From positions 123,538-187,537 of the forward strand of contig JAVCDE010000024.1 in assembly GCA_030765185.1 (NCBI GenBank): a DNA stretch of 64,000 bases, written 5' to 3'. Shown piece after piece: positions 32,466 to 41,775 of the stretch (the first letter of the stretch is position 1; every line of letters starts with the position of its first letter). A model generated the notes under the pieces. That model had not been told where the DNA came from. It made no database searches and saw only the letters and a program-made list of their open reading frames with translations. The stretch is from Candidatus Aceula meridiana (GTDB lineage: Bacteria; Omnitrophota; Gorgyraeia; Zapsychrales; Aceulaceae). The position numbers were made by a program, and so were the translations under genes.

Positions 32466-34049
32466 TTAAACTTTAATCAATTTTACAAAAAGAATGTTTT
32501 TTATTTTTTGAAGCTCTTCAATAACTCTTTGGGGGGCTTCGCTATCGATGTTCACAACACTGATTGCCAATCCTCCCTTAGACTCACGTCCAAAGGTAAT
32601 GCTGGCGATGTTAATATCTTCTCTTGCTAAAACTGTCCCGACGGCACCAACAATTCCTGGCTGATCATTATTGTTAATAACGATAATATGTCCTAACGGT
32701 GAGGCTTCAACATAAACATTATCAATCTTAACAATGCGGGGCTTATTGTTGCTTGAAAGCGTCCCCCAAAGTGAAAAAGGCTCTTTATCTGTTGTAATTT
32801 CAAGGCGGATGAGATTAACAAATTCTTGTTCATCGTTAGAACTAATTTCCTCAATCTTGACCGCGCGATCTTTAGCAACATCAAAGGCGTTAACGACATT
32901 AATATTTTCACCTAAAGCCGGAAGCAAAACACCATAAACCAAGCTCATCGAGACAGGAGCAACTTTCTGCTCGCAAAAAACACCATTATAAATAATCTTA
33001 ATTTTCTCAACTCTTCCATTAATCAGCTGACCAGCAAACTTTCCCATCTGGTCGGCTAATTCTATGTATGGCTCAAGAATTTTATAAACTTGGGCATCTA
33101 CCGAAGGAAAGTTCGTCGCATTTGAAATACCTTGGCCAAGAAGGGCATTTTTAATAACATTAGCAATCTCAACAGCAACATTCACCTGCGCCTCGGATGT
33201 TGATGCTCCTAGGTGAGGCGTGGCAACGCAATTATCAAATTTGAATAGTGGAGAATTAAAATCCGGCGGTTCTTTCTCATAAACATCAACAGCGCATCCT
33301 TTGATGCGATCAGTTTCTAGAGCACGAACCAAGGCTTGTTCATCAACAATGCCGCCACGGGCACAATTGATAATGCGCACATCATTTTTCATAATTTCAA
33401 ATTCTTTATCAGAAATAAGGCTCTTAGTTTCTATGCTTTTAGGGACATGGATTGTAATGTAATCTGCCTGCTTCATCAGATCTTCAAACTCAACTAATTC
33501 AACTCCGATTTGCGCTGCTAGTTCTTGGGCTAAAAACGGATCATATCCAATAAGTTCCATGCCAAAAGATTTAGCCATGCGCGCAACTGTAGCTCCGATA
33601 CGTCCTAAGCCAATGATTCCTAATTTCTTTCCATAAAGCTCAACACCGGTAAACTTTGAACGTTCCCACTTTCCGCTTTTTAAAGAAGCACATGCTTGAG
33701 GAATGTTGCGTGATAGCGCTAGAATAAGGCTCATGGTCTGCTCGGCGGTTGAGGTGGTGTTCCCGCCAGGGGTGTTCATAACAACAATTCCCTTCTTGGT
33801 CGCAGCTTTTAAATCCACATTGTCAATGCCCACGCCGGCACGACCAATAAATTTTAATTTATCTGCCGCTTCGATAATCTCCGCAGTAACTTTTGTTGTA
33901 CTTCGAATAATTAAAGCGTCGTAGCCTTTGACAATGGACTTGAGTTGTTCGGGAGATAAACCGAATTTACAATCGACTTTAAATTCCCTAACAGCTTTCA
34001 GGATTTGAATGCCTTCGAGAGCTATTTTATCACTAATAAGAATTTTCAT
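32466..34049 (-). CDS. serA: D-3-phosphoglycerate dehydrogenase (with ASB and ACT domains)
   Basis: 527 aa. 2-hydroxyacid dehydrogenase NAD-binding GxGxIG (GIIGLGRIG), catalytic R/E/H, C-terminal ACT domain. Confidence 0.93.
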   Translation of the reverse strand: MKILISDKIALEGIQILKAVREFKVDCKFGLSPEQLKSIVKGYDALIIRSTTKVTAEIIEAADKLKFIGRAGVGIDNVDLKAATKKGIVVMNTPGGNTTSTAEQTMSLILALSRNIPQACASLKSGKWERSKFTGVELYGKKLGIIGLGRIGATVARMAKSFGMELIGYDPFLAQELAAQIGVELVEFEDLMKQADYITIHVPKSIETKSLISDKEFEIMKNDVRIINCARGGIVDEQALVRALETDRIKGCAVDVYEKEPPDFNSPLFKFDNCVATPHLGASTSEAQVNVAVEIANVIKNALLGQGISNATNFPSVDAQVYKILEPYIELADQMGKFAGQLINGRVEKIKIIYNGVFCEQKVAPVSMSLVYGVLLPALGENINVVNAFDVAKDRAVKIEEISSNDEQEFVNLIRLEITTDKEPFSLWGTLSSNNKPRIVKIDNVYVEASPLGHIIVINNNDQPGIVGAVGTVLAREDINIASITFGRESKGGLAISVVNIDSEAPQRVIEELQKIKNILFVKLIKV

Positions 34050-34075
34050 TTAAAATAAAACACTTCTTTAGAATA

Positions 34076-34684
34076 TTACTTTTGTTTATCCGTATTAACA
34101 ATAACTTCATCAATCAAACCATATTCCTTGGCTTCCTCAGCGCTCATGAAAAAATCTCTATCGGAATCTGATTCAACCTTTTCAATGGCTTGACCTGTAT
34201 GATTTGCTAAAATTTTAATAAGATCTGATTTTAATCTCTGGATTTCAAGAGCCTGAATGGTAATATCACTCGCTGTTCCCTGAACACCACCCCAAGGCTG
34301 ATGAATCATAATCCTCGAATAAGGAAGAGAATATCTCTTGCCCTTGGTACCAGCTGTTAACAAAACTGAACCCATGCTGGCAGCCTGACCCATGCAATAA
34401 GTTCGGATGTCCGGTTTTAAAAATTGCATTGTATCGTAAATTGCCAATCCAGCCGTCACTGATCCGCCCGGCGAGTTAACATAGATACTAATATCCTTCG
34501 TCGCATCTTCTGACTGCAAGAAAAGAAGCTGCGCAATAATAACATTCGCGACATTATCATCAATGGCAGTTCCGATGAAAACAATTCGCTCTTTCAAAAG
34601 ACGCGAATAAATATCATAAGCACGTTCGGCTTGTCCATTTTTTTCAACAACCATCGGGACTAAAAGTTGACCTTTATAATCCAT
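34076..34684 (-). CDS. clpP: ATP-dependent Clp protease proteolytic subunit
   Basis: Catalytic triad context ([13 protein letters not shown]). The ORF is open to 34702, but MDYK at 34684 matches ClpP N-termini and abuts the tig stop. Confidence 0.93.
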   Translation of the reverse strand: MDYKGQLLVPMVVEKNGQAERAYDIYSRLLKERIVFIGTAIDDNVANVIIAQLLFLQSEDATKDISIYVNSPGGSVTAGLAIYDTMQFLKPDIRTYCMGQAASMGSVLLTAGTKGKRYSLPYSRIMIHQPWGGVQGTASDITIQALEIQRLKSDLIKILANHTGQAIEKVESDSDRDFFMSAEEAKEYGLIDEVIVNTDKQK

Positions 34685-35580
34685 TATTTTGCCTCCTCCC
34701 ATTGGGCTTCTTTCAATAAAAAGCCAATCACTTTTTGAAGTAAATTTTCACCTTGTTCAAGCTTAATGTTTTCTTGCTGTGCAATCTTTTCCAGAATGAA
34801 ATACGCCTTTACATCCCGTTCGGCGTTTGGTTTCATTTTCTTAATGAATTCCTCAACCTTTTTATCTAAGTCTTCTTTTTTAACACCCTGTTTCTCCATG
34901 CGCTGACGAGTATCTGCGGCAAGCCGATTAAGATGTCTTTCCACTGTTGTCTTCGGCACATCAAACTTTGTATTCTTAACAAGAAATTCAACAACTTGAT
35001 TTTCAATATCAAAACGATTCTGCCGCTCTTTTTCAAGCTCCATTTGTCGACGGAATGAAGCTTTAAGTTCTTCAAGGTTTGGATAGCCAAGGCCCTTTGC
35101 AAACTCATCATCAATCTTAACCTCGCCCTTGTCCTTACCTTGCGCTTGTTTAAAGAAATCAAGAGTTTTGGTAAGCTCTTCATCTCTAACTTCCATCTTT
35201 TTCTTTTTGACTTTAATTCCCTTATAATCTTTAACCGTAAATTCGGGACGAATATCCAACGTTGCGGTAAAAGAAATAATTCCATCTTGAAACTTCACAT
35301 CAAATATATCCGGCAAATCAATAGGATTAAGCTTCTCAGTAACAATGCCTTCTTGATATACTTCAGGGATGACGCGCTCCATCATTTTTTCGTTAGCAAT
35401 CTTGCCATGCTCAGATTCTAAAAGATGACGCGGAGCTTTGCCAGGACGAAAACCCTTAATTTTGGCAGTCTTCCCAATCTCCTGATAAACTTCTTCTAAT
35501 TTTTGCTTAATGCGGTCTTTTGAAATTTCAAACTTCATTTCTCTTTTTGTTGCATCAACTTTTTTTACTTCAACTTTCAT
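34684..35580 (-). CDS. tig: Trigger factor, short form lacking the central FKBP-type PPIase domain
   Basis: Ribosome-binding signature GFRPGKAP in the N-domain is followed directly by the C-terminal chaperone domain (…[27 protein letters not shown]…). 298 aa versus ~430 aa for canonical TF. Conserved tig-clpP order. Confidence 0.85.
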   Translation of the reverse strand: MKVEVKKVDATKREMKFEISKDRIKQKLEEVYQEIGKTAKIKGFRPGKAPRHLLESEHGKIANEKMMERVIPEVYQEGIVTEKLNPIDLPDIFDVKFQDGIISFTATLDIRPEFTVKDYKGIKVKKKKMEVRDEELTKTLDFFKQAQGKDKGEVKIDDEFAKGLGYPNLEELKASFRRQMELEKERQNRFDIENQVVEFLVKNTKFDVPKTTVERHLNRLAADTRQRMEKQGVKKEDLDKKVEEFIKKMKPNAERDVKAYFILEKIAQQENIKLEQGENLLQKVIGFLLKEAQWEEAK

Positions 35581-35621
35581 AATTTAAATTGTCCACCTTC
35601 CTTAAAACGTGTTTTACTTTT

Positions 35622-35677
35622 ATTAACTACATCCTAAACTATTAACTACATCCTGAACCTACATCCTAAACTTATCA
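35622..35677. repeat. Three tandem ~19-bp direct repeats (ATTAACTACATCCTAAACT-like)
   Basis: Copies at 35622-35640, 35641-35660 and 35661-35677. The third copy is the last five codons plus stop of lptB. The other two fill the lptB-tig intergenic spacer. Confidence 0.7.
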
Positions 35678-36381
35678 CCTAAATAAATCTGTCGCGCTTT
35701 CGAATCATTGACCAACTGGTCTGCTGTTCCTGAAATAAGAATTTCCCCATCAGCGACTAAATAAGCCCTATCAGTAATCGATAACGTCTCACGGACATTG
35801 TGATCTGTTACGAGAATTCCTAACCCTCTATTTTTTAAATCCTTAATAATTTCCTGAGCTTCAGCGACAACAATCGGATCAATTCCAGAAAAAGGTTCAT
35901 CCAGCAACAAAAATGAAGGATTGGTTACAAGAGCCCTTGTAATTTCTAATCGCCGTCTCTCTCCGCCTGATAATGTAAAAGCCTTACTTTTAGCCAAATG
36001 ACCAATATTAAGCTCTTCAAGAAGGTTGTTCAAACGTCGCTTTCTTTCACGAGGAGAAATTTTCAATGTCTCTAGAATAACCATGATATTTTCTTCAACC
36101 GTTAACTTACGAAAAACCGAAGGTTCCTGCGCCAAATAGCCAATTCCTAAATGACATCTTTCATGAATCGCCTTGCGTGTAATATTCTGATGATCAAAAA
36201 GAACCTCTCCCTCATCAGGACGAATAATGCCAACTGCCATATAAAATGTCGTCGTTTTGCCGGCTCCATTGGGCCCGAGAAGTCCAACGATTTCTGAGCG
36301 GCCCACAGAAATGCTTAAATTGTTAACAACGCGGCGTCCACCGTAAATCTTGACTAAATTTTTAGTTTCCAAAAGATACAT
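35659..36381 (-). CDS. lptB: LPS export ABC transporter ATP-binding protein LptB
   Basis: Walker A GPNGAGKTT, signature LSGGERRR, Walker B LLLDEP. C-terminus …YLGDKFRM matches the LptB …YLGEDFRL ending. Canonical kdsD-kdsC-lptC-lptA-lptB locus. Confidence 0.93.
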   Translation of the reverse strand: MYLLETKNLVKIYGGRRVVNNLSISVGRSEIVGLLGPNGAGKTTTFYMAVGIIRPDEGEVLFDHQNITRKAIHERCHLGIGYLAQEPSVFRKLTVEENIMVILETLKISPRERKRRLNNLLEELNIGHLAKSKAFTLSGGERRRLEITRALVTNPSFLLLDEPFSGIDPIVVAEAQEIIKDLKNRGLGILVTDHNVRETLSITDRAYLVADGEILISGTADQLVNDSKARQIYLGDKFRM

Positions 36382-37249
36382 TATTGTCCTTATTTTGGTC
36401 CATATACATTAAAAGTTTAGGTCGCCCTGATAAAATAATTTTCTTCTCCTGCGCCTTATAAACAGCCTTGTCAGAATAGGAAGCGTTTTCTCCTTGAACA
36501 ATCAAAACATTACCGATACAAACAACCTGATCAATCTTGCTTGTCTTTTGATCAAAGAACAACAACATTTTATCTGCCATAAGCTTACGGTCTTCATCAA
36601 CAGCAATAACATTTTCATTAAAAACAGCGGTCTGTTTCTCGTAGTCGATTTCCATAGGGCCATCACACGTGACGGTCAGAACACCTGCCAAAGGGTCCTT
36701 ATCACTGCTGCGATCATACTCAACGGTAACATCTTTGTTAAGCTGAGCAGTTTTTAAACCAGGCTGCGCAAAAGCACCTTGGCCCACAGCTTTCATATTT
36801 TCTCTTAAAATTGTAACTTCTTCTTCCGTGCTTACAACATCTTTTTCTTTGTCCCAGTCTATCGCATCGGTCAACATCTGTGCTCCGGTCTCGGTTGTCA
36901 TTACAACATCACCCTCAAGACGCATCTGACCGCTATCTTTGTTGACCTTGCCTGTCTTGGCTGTTACGTTCATGTCTTCTTGGCCATAGGAATTCGCATC
37001 AACGTTAGTAATATTGATTTGGCTGCCTTCGACTTTAGCTGTTTCCCCTTTTAAATCCCAAGTCTTATCACCATCTTCCCCATAGCCGACCAAGTCAAAA
37101 CCTTCAAAGGACTGCCCAGATAGGTCCTCTTCCTCGTTCTGAGCAAACGAAGAAAAAGAAAATGCCAAACCAATAACAACAATACAAGCTAAAGAAATAA
37201 TTTTTTTTCTCATAAAAATCAAATGTCCTGAGAAATCGCCTGCTGCCAT
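36362..37249 (-). CDS. LptC/LptA-family (OstA-like beta-jellyroll) periplasmic LPS transport protein, possibly a fused LptC-LptA
   Basis: Single N-terminal anchor/signal. First half is LptC-like, second half carries an LptA/OstA_N-like …IGNVLIVQGENASYSDKAVY… motif. One ORF occupies the slot where lptC and lptA are usually separate. Likely start MRKKIIS at 37212. Confidence 0.7.
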   Translation of the reverse strand: MAAGDFSGHLIFMRKKIISLACIVVIGLAFSFSSFAQNEEEDLSGQSFEGFDLVGYGEDGDKTWDLKGETAKVEGSQINITNVDANSYGQEDMNVTAKTGKVNKDSGQMRLEGDVVMTTETGAQMLTDAIDWDKEKDVVSTEEEVTILRENMKAVGQGAFAQPGLKTAQLNKDVTVEYDRSSDKDPLAGVLTVTCDGPMEIDYEKQTAVFNENVIAVDEDRKLMADKMLLFFDQKTSKIDQVVCIGNVLIVQGENASYSDKAVYKAQEKKIILSGRPKLLMYMDQNKDNNVSFGN

Positions 37250-37758
37250 TTCCCTTGAGTTTTTAAAATAAGTTCAATCACCTCACGCACAGCACCATCG
37301 CCGCCTTCTTTTTTTGTGACAAAGGAGGCGATCTTCTTGACCTCTGAAACAGCATTGCGCACGGTGACTGGAAATCCAACACGCTTTAAAATTTGATAAT
37401 CAGTAATATCGTCTCCGACAAAACAAACATTTTCATCTTTAACGCGAAAATTCTTAAGCATTTTTTCATAAGAAAGAACCTTTGGATAAGCCCCTAAATA
37501 CAGCTTGTCAATGTTCAAATAATCCGCCCGCACTTTAACAACGTTAGAATTCCCTGCGGTGATAATAGCAGTCTTGATACCAGAACGTTTCAAAATGATA
37601 ATTCCAAAGCCGTCTTGCACATTAAAACTTTTCAGTTCCCGGCTTTGCCCATCAAAAATTAATTTCCCATCGGTCATAACGCCATCAACATCCAAAGCAA
37701 GAACTTTGATTTTTTGAATTTTATTTTTAAGCGCTTTCGATACTGCCATTTTAAACAA
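37219..37758 (-). CDS. kdsC: 3-deoxy-D-manno-octulosonate 8-phosphate phosphatase
   Basis: HAD motif I LDVDGVMTDG, 179 aa, conserved locus. Confidence 0.92.
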   Translation of the reverse strand: MFKMAVSKALKNKIQKIKVLALDVDGVMTDGKLIFDGQSRELKSFNVQDGFGIIILKRSGIKTAIITAGNSNVVKVRADYLNIDKLYLGAYPKVLSYEKMLKNFRVKDENVCFVGDDITDYQILKRVGFPVTVRNAVSEVKKIASFVTKKEGGDGAVREVIELILKTQGKWQQAISQDI

Positions 37759-38710
37759 TCCCTGCTTTTAATAAATCTTGAACATCAAGAAGCCCGACAG
37801 ATTTTCCTTTTTTGTCAACAACCGGAATTTCATCAATACGCTTTTCTTGCATAACACGAAAAGCTTCCGCCGCTAGGTCGTCCTCAAAGATAACAGTCGG
37901 TTTTTTCGTCATAACATTCTTAACCTGCAAATTTAAGAGTGCAGATCCCGATTTTAAATGCCTACGCAAATCCCCATCTGTAAAAATTCCTAAAAGTTTT
38001 CCATTTTCATTAATAATACAAGCCGATCCACAGCGTGTGCGAGTAATAGCCAAAAGTACATCTTTAATTCCTGAGGCTGGCTTCATCCTCGGATAGTTCT
38101 TTCCTGTGCGCATAATATCTTTGACTCTCAAAAGAAGATTGCGCCCTAAAGACCCTCCAGGATGATAAAAAGCAAACTTTTCCCTCTTAAAGCCTTTTTT
38201 GTCAATTAAACACGCAGCCAACGCATCCCCCATTACAAGCGTCGCTGTCGTCGATGCCATAGGAGCCAGCCCTAAAGGACAACCTTCTTTTTTGACTCCG
38301 ACATCCAAAGCCACATCACAATATTTTCCAAGTGTTGATTTTAAATTACCTGTTATCGCGATAGACTTAACACCGATCTTTTTAAGAAGCGGGACCAAAC
38401 GCCTTGTCTCCTCTGTCTCTCCGCTATGTGAAATGAGAATAATAACATCTAATTTCTTTACCTGGCCTAAATCTCCATGAACAGCTTCAGCGCTGTGAAG
38501 CCAGATTGCCGGTGTTCCGGTCGATGACAAAGTCGCTGCGATTTTGCGACCAATTAAACCCGTCTTTCCCATTCCGGAGACAACAACCCGTCCTTTGCAT
38601 TGAGCCAAAAGACTAACGGCCTTCACAAATTGCGGACCAATGTATTTTTTTAAATTCAAAATCGCTTTTGCTTCGATATCAATAACAGATTTTGCTCTTT
38701 TTAAAACCAT
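37751..38710 (-). CDS. kdsD: Arabinose-5-phosphate isomerase (SIS + tandem CBS)
   Basis: SIS domain (VVVSGMGKTGLIGRKIAATL…), C-terminal CBS pair, 319 aa. Confidence 0.92.
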   Translation of the reverse strand: MVLKRAKSVIDIEAKAILNLKKYIGPQFVKAVSLLAQCKGRVVVSGMGKTGLIGRKIAATLSSTGTPAIWLHSAEAVHGDLGQVKKLDVIILISHSGETEETRRLVPLLKKIGVKSIAITGNLKSTLGKYCDVALDVGVKKEGCPLGLAPMASTTATLVMGDALAACLIDKKGFKREKFAFYHPGGSLGRNLLLRVKDIMRTGKNYPRMKPASGIKDVLLAITRTRCGSACIINENGKLLGIFTDGDLRRHLKSGSALLNLQVKNVMTKKPTVIFEDDLAAEAFRVMQEKRIDEIPVVDKKGKSVGLLDVQDLLKAGIV

Positions 38711-38719
38711 GATAACCTC

Positions 38720-39544
38720 TTATTTTGCTTTGACGATATGATCAATCGCTTTAAGCTCTTTTAATAACTTCTTAAGTTTTAGCAACGGAAACGAATTAGG
38801 CCCGTCAGATAATGCCTGCTTAGGATGCGGATGCACTTCTAAGAATAAAGCATTAACTCCCGCAGCAACAGAGCAACGTGCCAAAAGCGGTATAAACTCG
38901 CTGTTTCCTCCGGACGACTCTCCTAATCCCCCAGGCTGCTGAACGCTATGGGTCGCATCATACACAACCGGATAACCAGTCTTGGCCATAATTTCTAACG
39001 AACGAAAATCACTTACAAGATTATTGTAGCCAAAGCTAGCGCCTCTTTCGGTTAAGAGAACCTTTTTGTTACCTGTGCTTTCAATCTTTTTAATAACTGG
39101 CCCCATATCCCAAGGCGCCAAAAATTGACCTTTTTTGATATTAATAATTTTCTTAGTTTTCGCAGCCGCGACAACTAAGTCCGTCTGGCGGCACAAAAAT
39201 GCCGGAACCTGTAAAATATCAAGAACCTTGGAGGCCTCAGCAATCTCTTCAATTCTATGAACATCACTTAAAACAGGAACACCGACATGCTCTTTAATAT
39301 CTTTTAAAATTGCTAACCCTTTTCTAAGGCCAGGCCCACGAAAAGAACTAATCGACGTCCGGTTTGCCTTGTCGTAACTTGCTTTAAAAATAAACGGGAT
39401 CCCAACCTCGTCAGAAATTTGTTTTAATGTTTTAGCGAGCCGTAGAGCAAACGTTCTTCCTTCGATGACACATGGCCCGGCGATAAGAACAAAAGGATTT
39501 TTCCCGCCTATGGAAATTTTTCCGATCTTAATGATCTTGCTCAC
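38720..39544 (-). CDS. kdsA: 2-dehydro-3-deoxyphosphooctonate aldolase (KDO-8-phosphate synthase)
   Basis: 274 aa DAHP-synthase-I-family TIM barrel, FVLIAGPCVIE start motif. Confidence 0.93.
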   Translation of the reverse strand: MSKIIKIGKISIGGKNPFVLIAGPCVIEGRTFALRLAKTLKQISDEVGIPFIFKASYDKANRTSISSFRGPGLRKGLAILKDIKEHVGVPVLSDVHRIEEIAEASKVLDILQVPAFLCRQTDLVVAAAKTKKIINIKKGQFLAPWDMGPVIKKIESTGNKKVLLTERGASFGYNNLVSDFRSLEIMAKTGYPVVYDATHSVQQPGGLGESSGGNSEFIPLLARCSVAAGVNALFLEVHPHPKQALSDGPNSFPLLKLKKLLKELKAIDHIVKAK

Positions 39545-39547
39545 GCT

Positions 39548-40285
39548 TTATACTCCTTTTTTTAAAATCGCTTTAACTCTCTTTAAATCTTCCGCCGTAT
39601 CAACGCCAATCGAATCTTTATCGGTGATGACAGTTTTAATTGCATATCCAGATTCCAAGATACGAAGTTGTTCCAGCTTCTCAATACCTTCTAGCCTTGA
39701 GGCTGGCAGCTTATTAAATCCAATTAAAAAACTTTTTCGGTAAGCATAAATTCCAAGATGCTTATAATATAAAAGTTTCGTAAATTTTTCTCCATCCCGA
39801 TTAAAAGGAATCCGTGAACGCGAAAAATAAAGCGCATAATGATCTTTACAAATAACAACCTTAACAACATTAGGATTATCAACTTCTCGTCTATTTTCTA
39901 ATCTTTTGATAACCGTTGCCACAGATGCGCGGCTTTCCTTGATAAGGCATTTTACCAAATCATCCATTGCTCCAGGATCCATCAAGGGCTCATCCCCTTG
40001 AATATTGACAATAATGGCAGCCTGAATGTCTTTAACAGCTTCGGCGATCCTGTCTGACCCAGATTGGCAATCTTTTGAAGTTAAAACAACTCGCGCACCA
40101 AAACCTTGACAAACACCTTTAACTTTTTCGCTGTCCGTAGCAATAATAACCTCATCAATCATTTTGGCTTGTTTTGCCTTTTCCCAAACATGCTGAATCA
40201 AAGGTTTGCCAAAAATATTAATAAGAACTTTGCCTTTTAGGCGGGTTGACCCGTATCTTGCAGGAATGACACCAATAACTTTCAT
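39548..40285 (-). CDS. kdsB: 3-deoxy-manno-octulosonate cytidylyltransferase (CMP-KDO synthetase)
   Basis: VIPARYGSTRLKGK N-terminal nucleotide-binding motif, 245 aa. Confidence 0.93.
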   Translation of the reverse strand: MKVIGVIPARYGSTRLKGKVLINIFGKPLIQHVWEKAKQAKMIDEVIIATDSEKVKGVCQGFGARVVLTSKDCQSGSDRIAEAVKDIQAAIIVNIQGDEPLMDPGAMDDLVKCLIKESRASVATVIKRLENRREVDNPNVVKVVICKDHYALYFSRSRIPFNRDGEKFTKLLYYKHLGIYAYRKSFLIGFNKLPASRLEGIEKLEQLRILESGYAIKTVITDKDSIGVDTAEDLKRVKAILKKGV

Positions 40286-40297
40286 AAATTTAAGTCT

Positions 40298-41335
40298 TTA
40301 TAGTTGGTTAAGAATCTCTTGTGGGCTTACGGCAACGGCCCCTGTTTTGGCAACAACCACGCCAGCAGCGCAATTAGCTAAAAAAGCAGCCTCTCGCTTA
40401 GTCGCACCACTTGCCAAACTTAATGTAAAAACAGAAATAACTGTATCCCCGGCACCGCTGACATCAAAAACTTCTTTAGCTTTTGTTTCAATATGAAAAG
40501 GCTCGTTGCCTTTTTCAAATAAATACATGCCTTCATCCCCTAAGGTCACGAGCAATGATTCAAGCTTCAGATGACTTAAAATAGCCTTTCCGGCTTTCTG
40601 TACGTCTTTTAACGTTTGTAGTTTATCTTTCTTAATATTTAGGCTGCGGCCTTTTGTCTGCGTAATTATAATATCGCGGATAGCATTTTGAGCTTCATTC
40701 TTGTTAGGAGTAATTGCGGTAACTTTTGAATAATAATGAAAATGTTCGACCTTAGGATCGACGGTAATAATTTTTTTATTTTGAATCGCTAGCTTACAGA
40801 CGCGAGTAACAAGATCTTTGGTAACAACGCCTTTTCCATAATCAGAAATAATAATCGCATCAAAGCTATCAATCTTTTTCTCAATAAAATTAAAAATCTT
40901 TCGATTAACTCCATCAGGCCCTAAATCGCGGGTGTCTTCCCGGTCTACACGAACAAGCTGCTGATGCTGGGCAATGATGCGGGTTTTAAGGGCGGTGGGA
41001 ATACGTTTGTCGATAAAAAGACCACGAACATCAATTTTACGCCTTCTAAGCTCTTTTTTGAGAATTTTCTCTTCGCGGTCTTGGCCAACCCGTCCCACTA
41101 AAACAACCTTCGCGCCTAAACGGCTTAAGTTATTGGCAACATTGGCTGATCCGCCAGGCGTGTAATGTGGATGCCCATCTTGAAGAACAACGGGAACAGG
41201 AGCTTCTGGGGAAATCCTTGAAACAGAGCCTTGAATATACTGATCAAGAATTACATCTCCGACAACAAGGATCTTCTTATTCTTAAAGGAGGCAATAATC
41301 TTGTTGAAATGACTCATGTTACGAAATTTTACCAT
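40298..41335 (-). CDS. D-glycero-beta-D-manno-heptose 7-phosphate kinase (HldE domain I / RfaE1, pfkB family); no adenylyltransferase domain attached
   Basis: pfkB N-terminal GG motif and C-terminal DVSGAGDTV signature, 345 aa. Adjacent to kdsB and the heptosyltransferases. Confidence 0.85.
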   Translation of the reverse strand: MVKFRNMSHFNKIIASFKNKKILVVGDVILDQYIQGSVSRISPEAPVPVVLQDGHPHYTPGGSANVANNLSRLGAKVVLVGRVGQDREEKILKKELRRRKIDVRGLFIDKRIPTALKTRIIAQHQQLVRVDREDTRDLGPDGVNRKIFNFIEKKIDSFDAIIISDYGKGVVTKDLVTRVCKLAIQNKKIITVDPKVEHFHYYSKVTAITPNKNEAQNAIRDIIITQTKGRSLNIKKDKLQTLKDVQKAGKAILSHLKLESLLVTLGDEGMYLFEKGNEPFHIETKAKEVFDVSGAGDTVISVFTLSLASGATKREAAFLANCAAGVVVAKTGAVAVSPQEILNQL

Positions 41336-41344
41336 TTTCTTTAT

Positions 41345-41385
41345 TTATAAATATAAATATACAAAAGCTTAACCGAAGAAGCGAT
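41345..41385 (-). terminator. Weak candidate intrinsic terminator downstream of the cupin pseudogene
   Basis: Minus RNA GCUUCUUCGGUUAAGC (4-bp stem / UUCG-containing loop) followed by UUUUGUAUAUUUAUAUUU. The stem is short. Confidence 0.25.
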
Positions 41386-41494
41386 TTTAGCATAGTTTGC
41401 AGAAAGCGTCAAACATTTATGGTGTTTGCAATTGGATGAAAAATCTCTCAATAATAATGGAAAAAATAGCTATTTTTTAGGTAGGATTTTAAAG

Positions 41495-41766
41495 CTATTC
41501 AAAGACGTAATGTTTTTTAACAGCCTTTTTAATACGCCAGGTGCAGCTCAATCCCTTTGGAAAAGTCACCAAATCGCCTCCACCAAAGCTAACTGCACTG
41601 CCATCGAAAAGACTAACTTCAGCCTCTCCTCCCCCAGCAGATAACAGATTTCTTTATCCTCATAATGCCAATCAAAGGCGCTTTCTTGTTTCTGCCAAAT
41701 AGGCCATTGGTTAACACCAAGGCTATTAAGCTCTTGCGGGGTTGGTTTCTCTACAACAATATGCAT
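41495..41766 (-). pseudogene. Cupin_3 (DUF861)-family small cupin gene interrupted by a -1 frameshift in a G5 run
   Basis: ORF 41566-41766 gives MHIVV…DWHYEDKEICYLLG. The shifted frame continues …GGEAEVSLFDGSAVSFGGGDLVTFPKGLSCTWRIKKAVKKHYVFE* to a TAG at 41495-41497. Inserting one G in the run (C5 on the plus strand, 41631-41635) restores a ~90-aa cupin. Confidence 0.7.
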
Positions 41767-41775
41767 TTTTATCTG

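Noticed and set aside
35622-35677. Tandem repeats considered as a mini-CRISPR array
   Set aside because: Only three 19-bp units directly abutting with no spacers, no cas genes, and one unit is the lptB coding end. It is a simple tandem duplication.
41461-41478. AAAAAATAGCTATTTTTT perfect inverted repeat downstream of the cupin pseudogene, considered as a terminator
   Set aside because: The stem would be A·U-only with no loop, so it is thermodynamically negligible. It is more likely AT-rich spacer. A weaker but more plausible hairpin + U-tract nearby is listed separately with low confidence.
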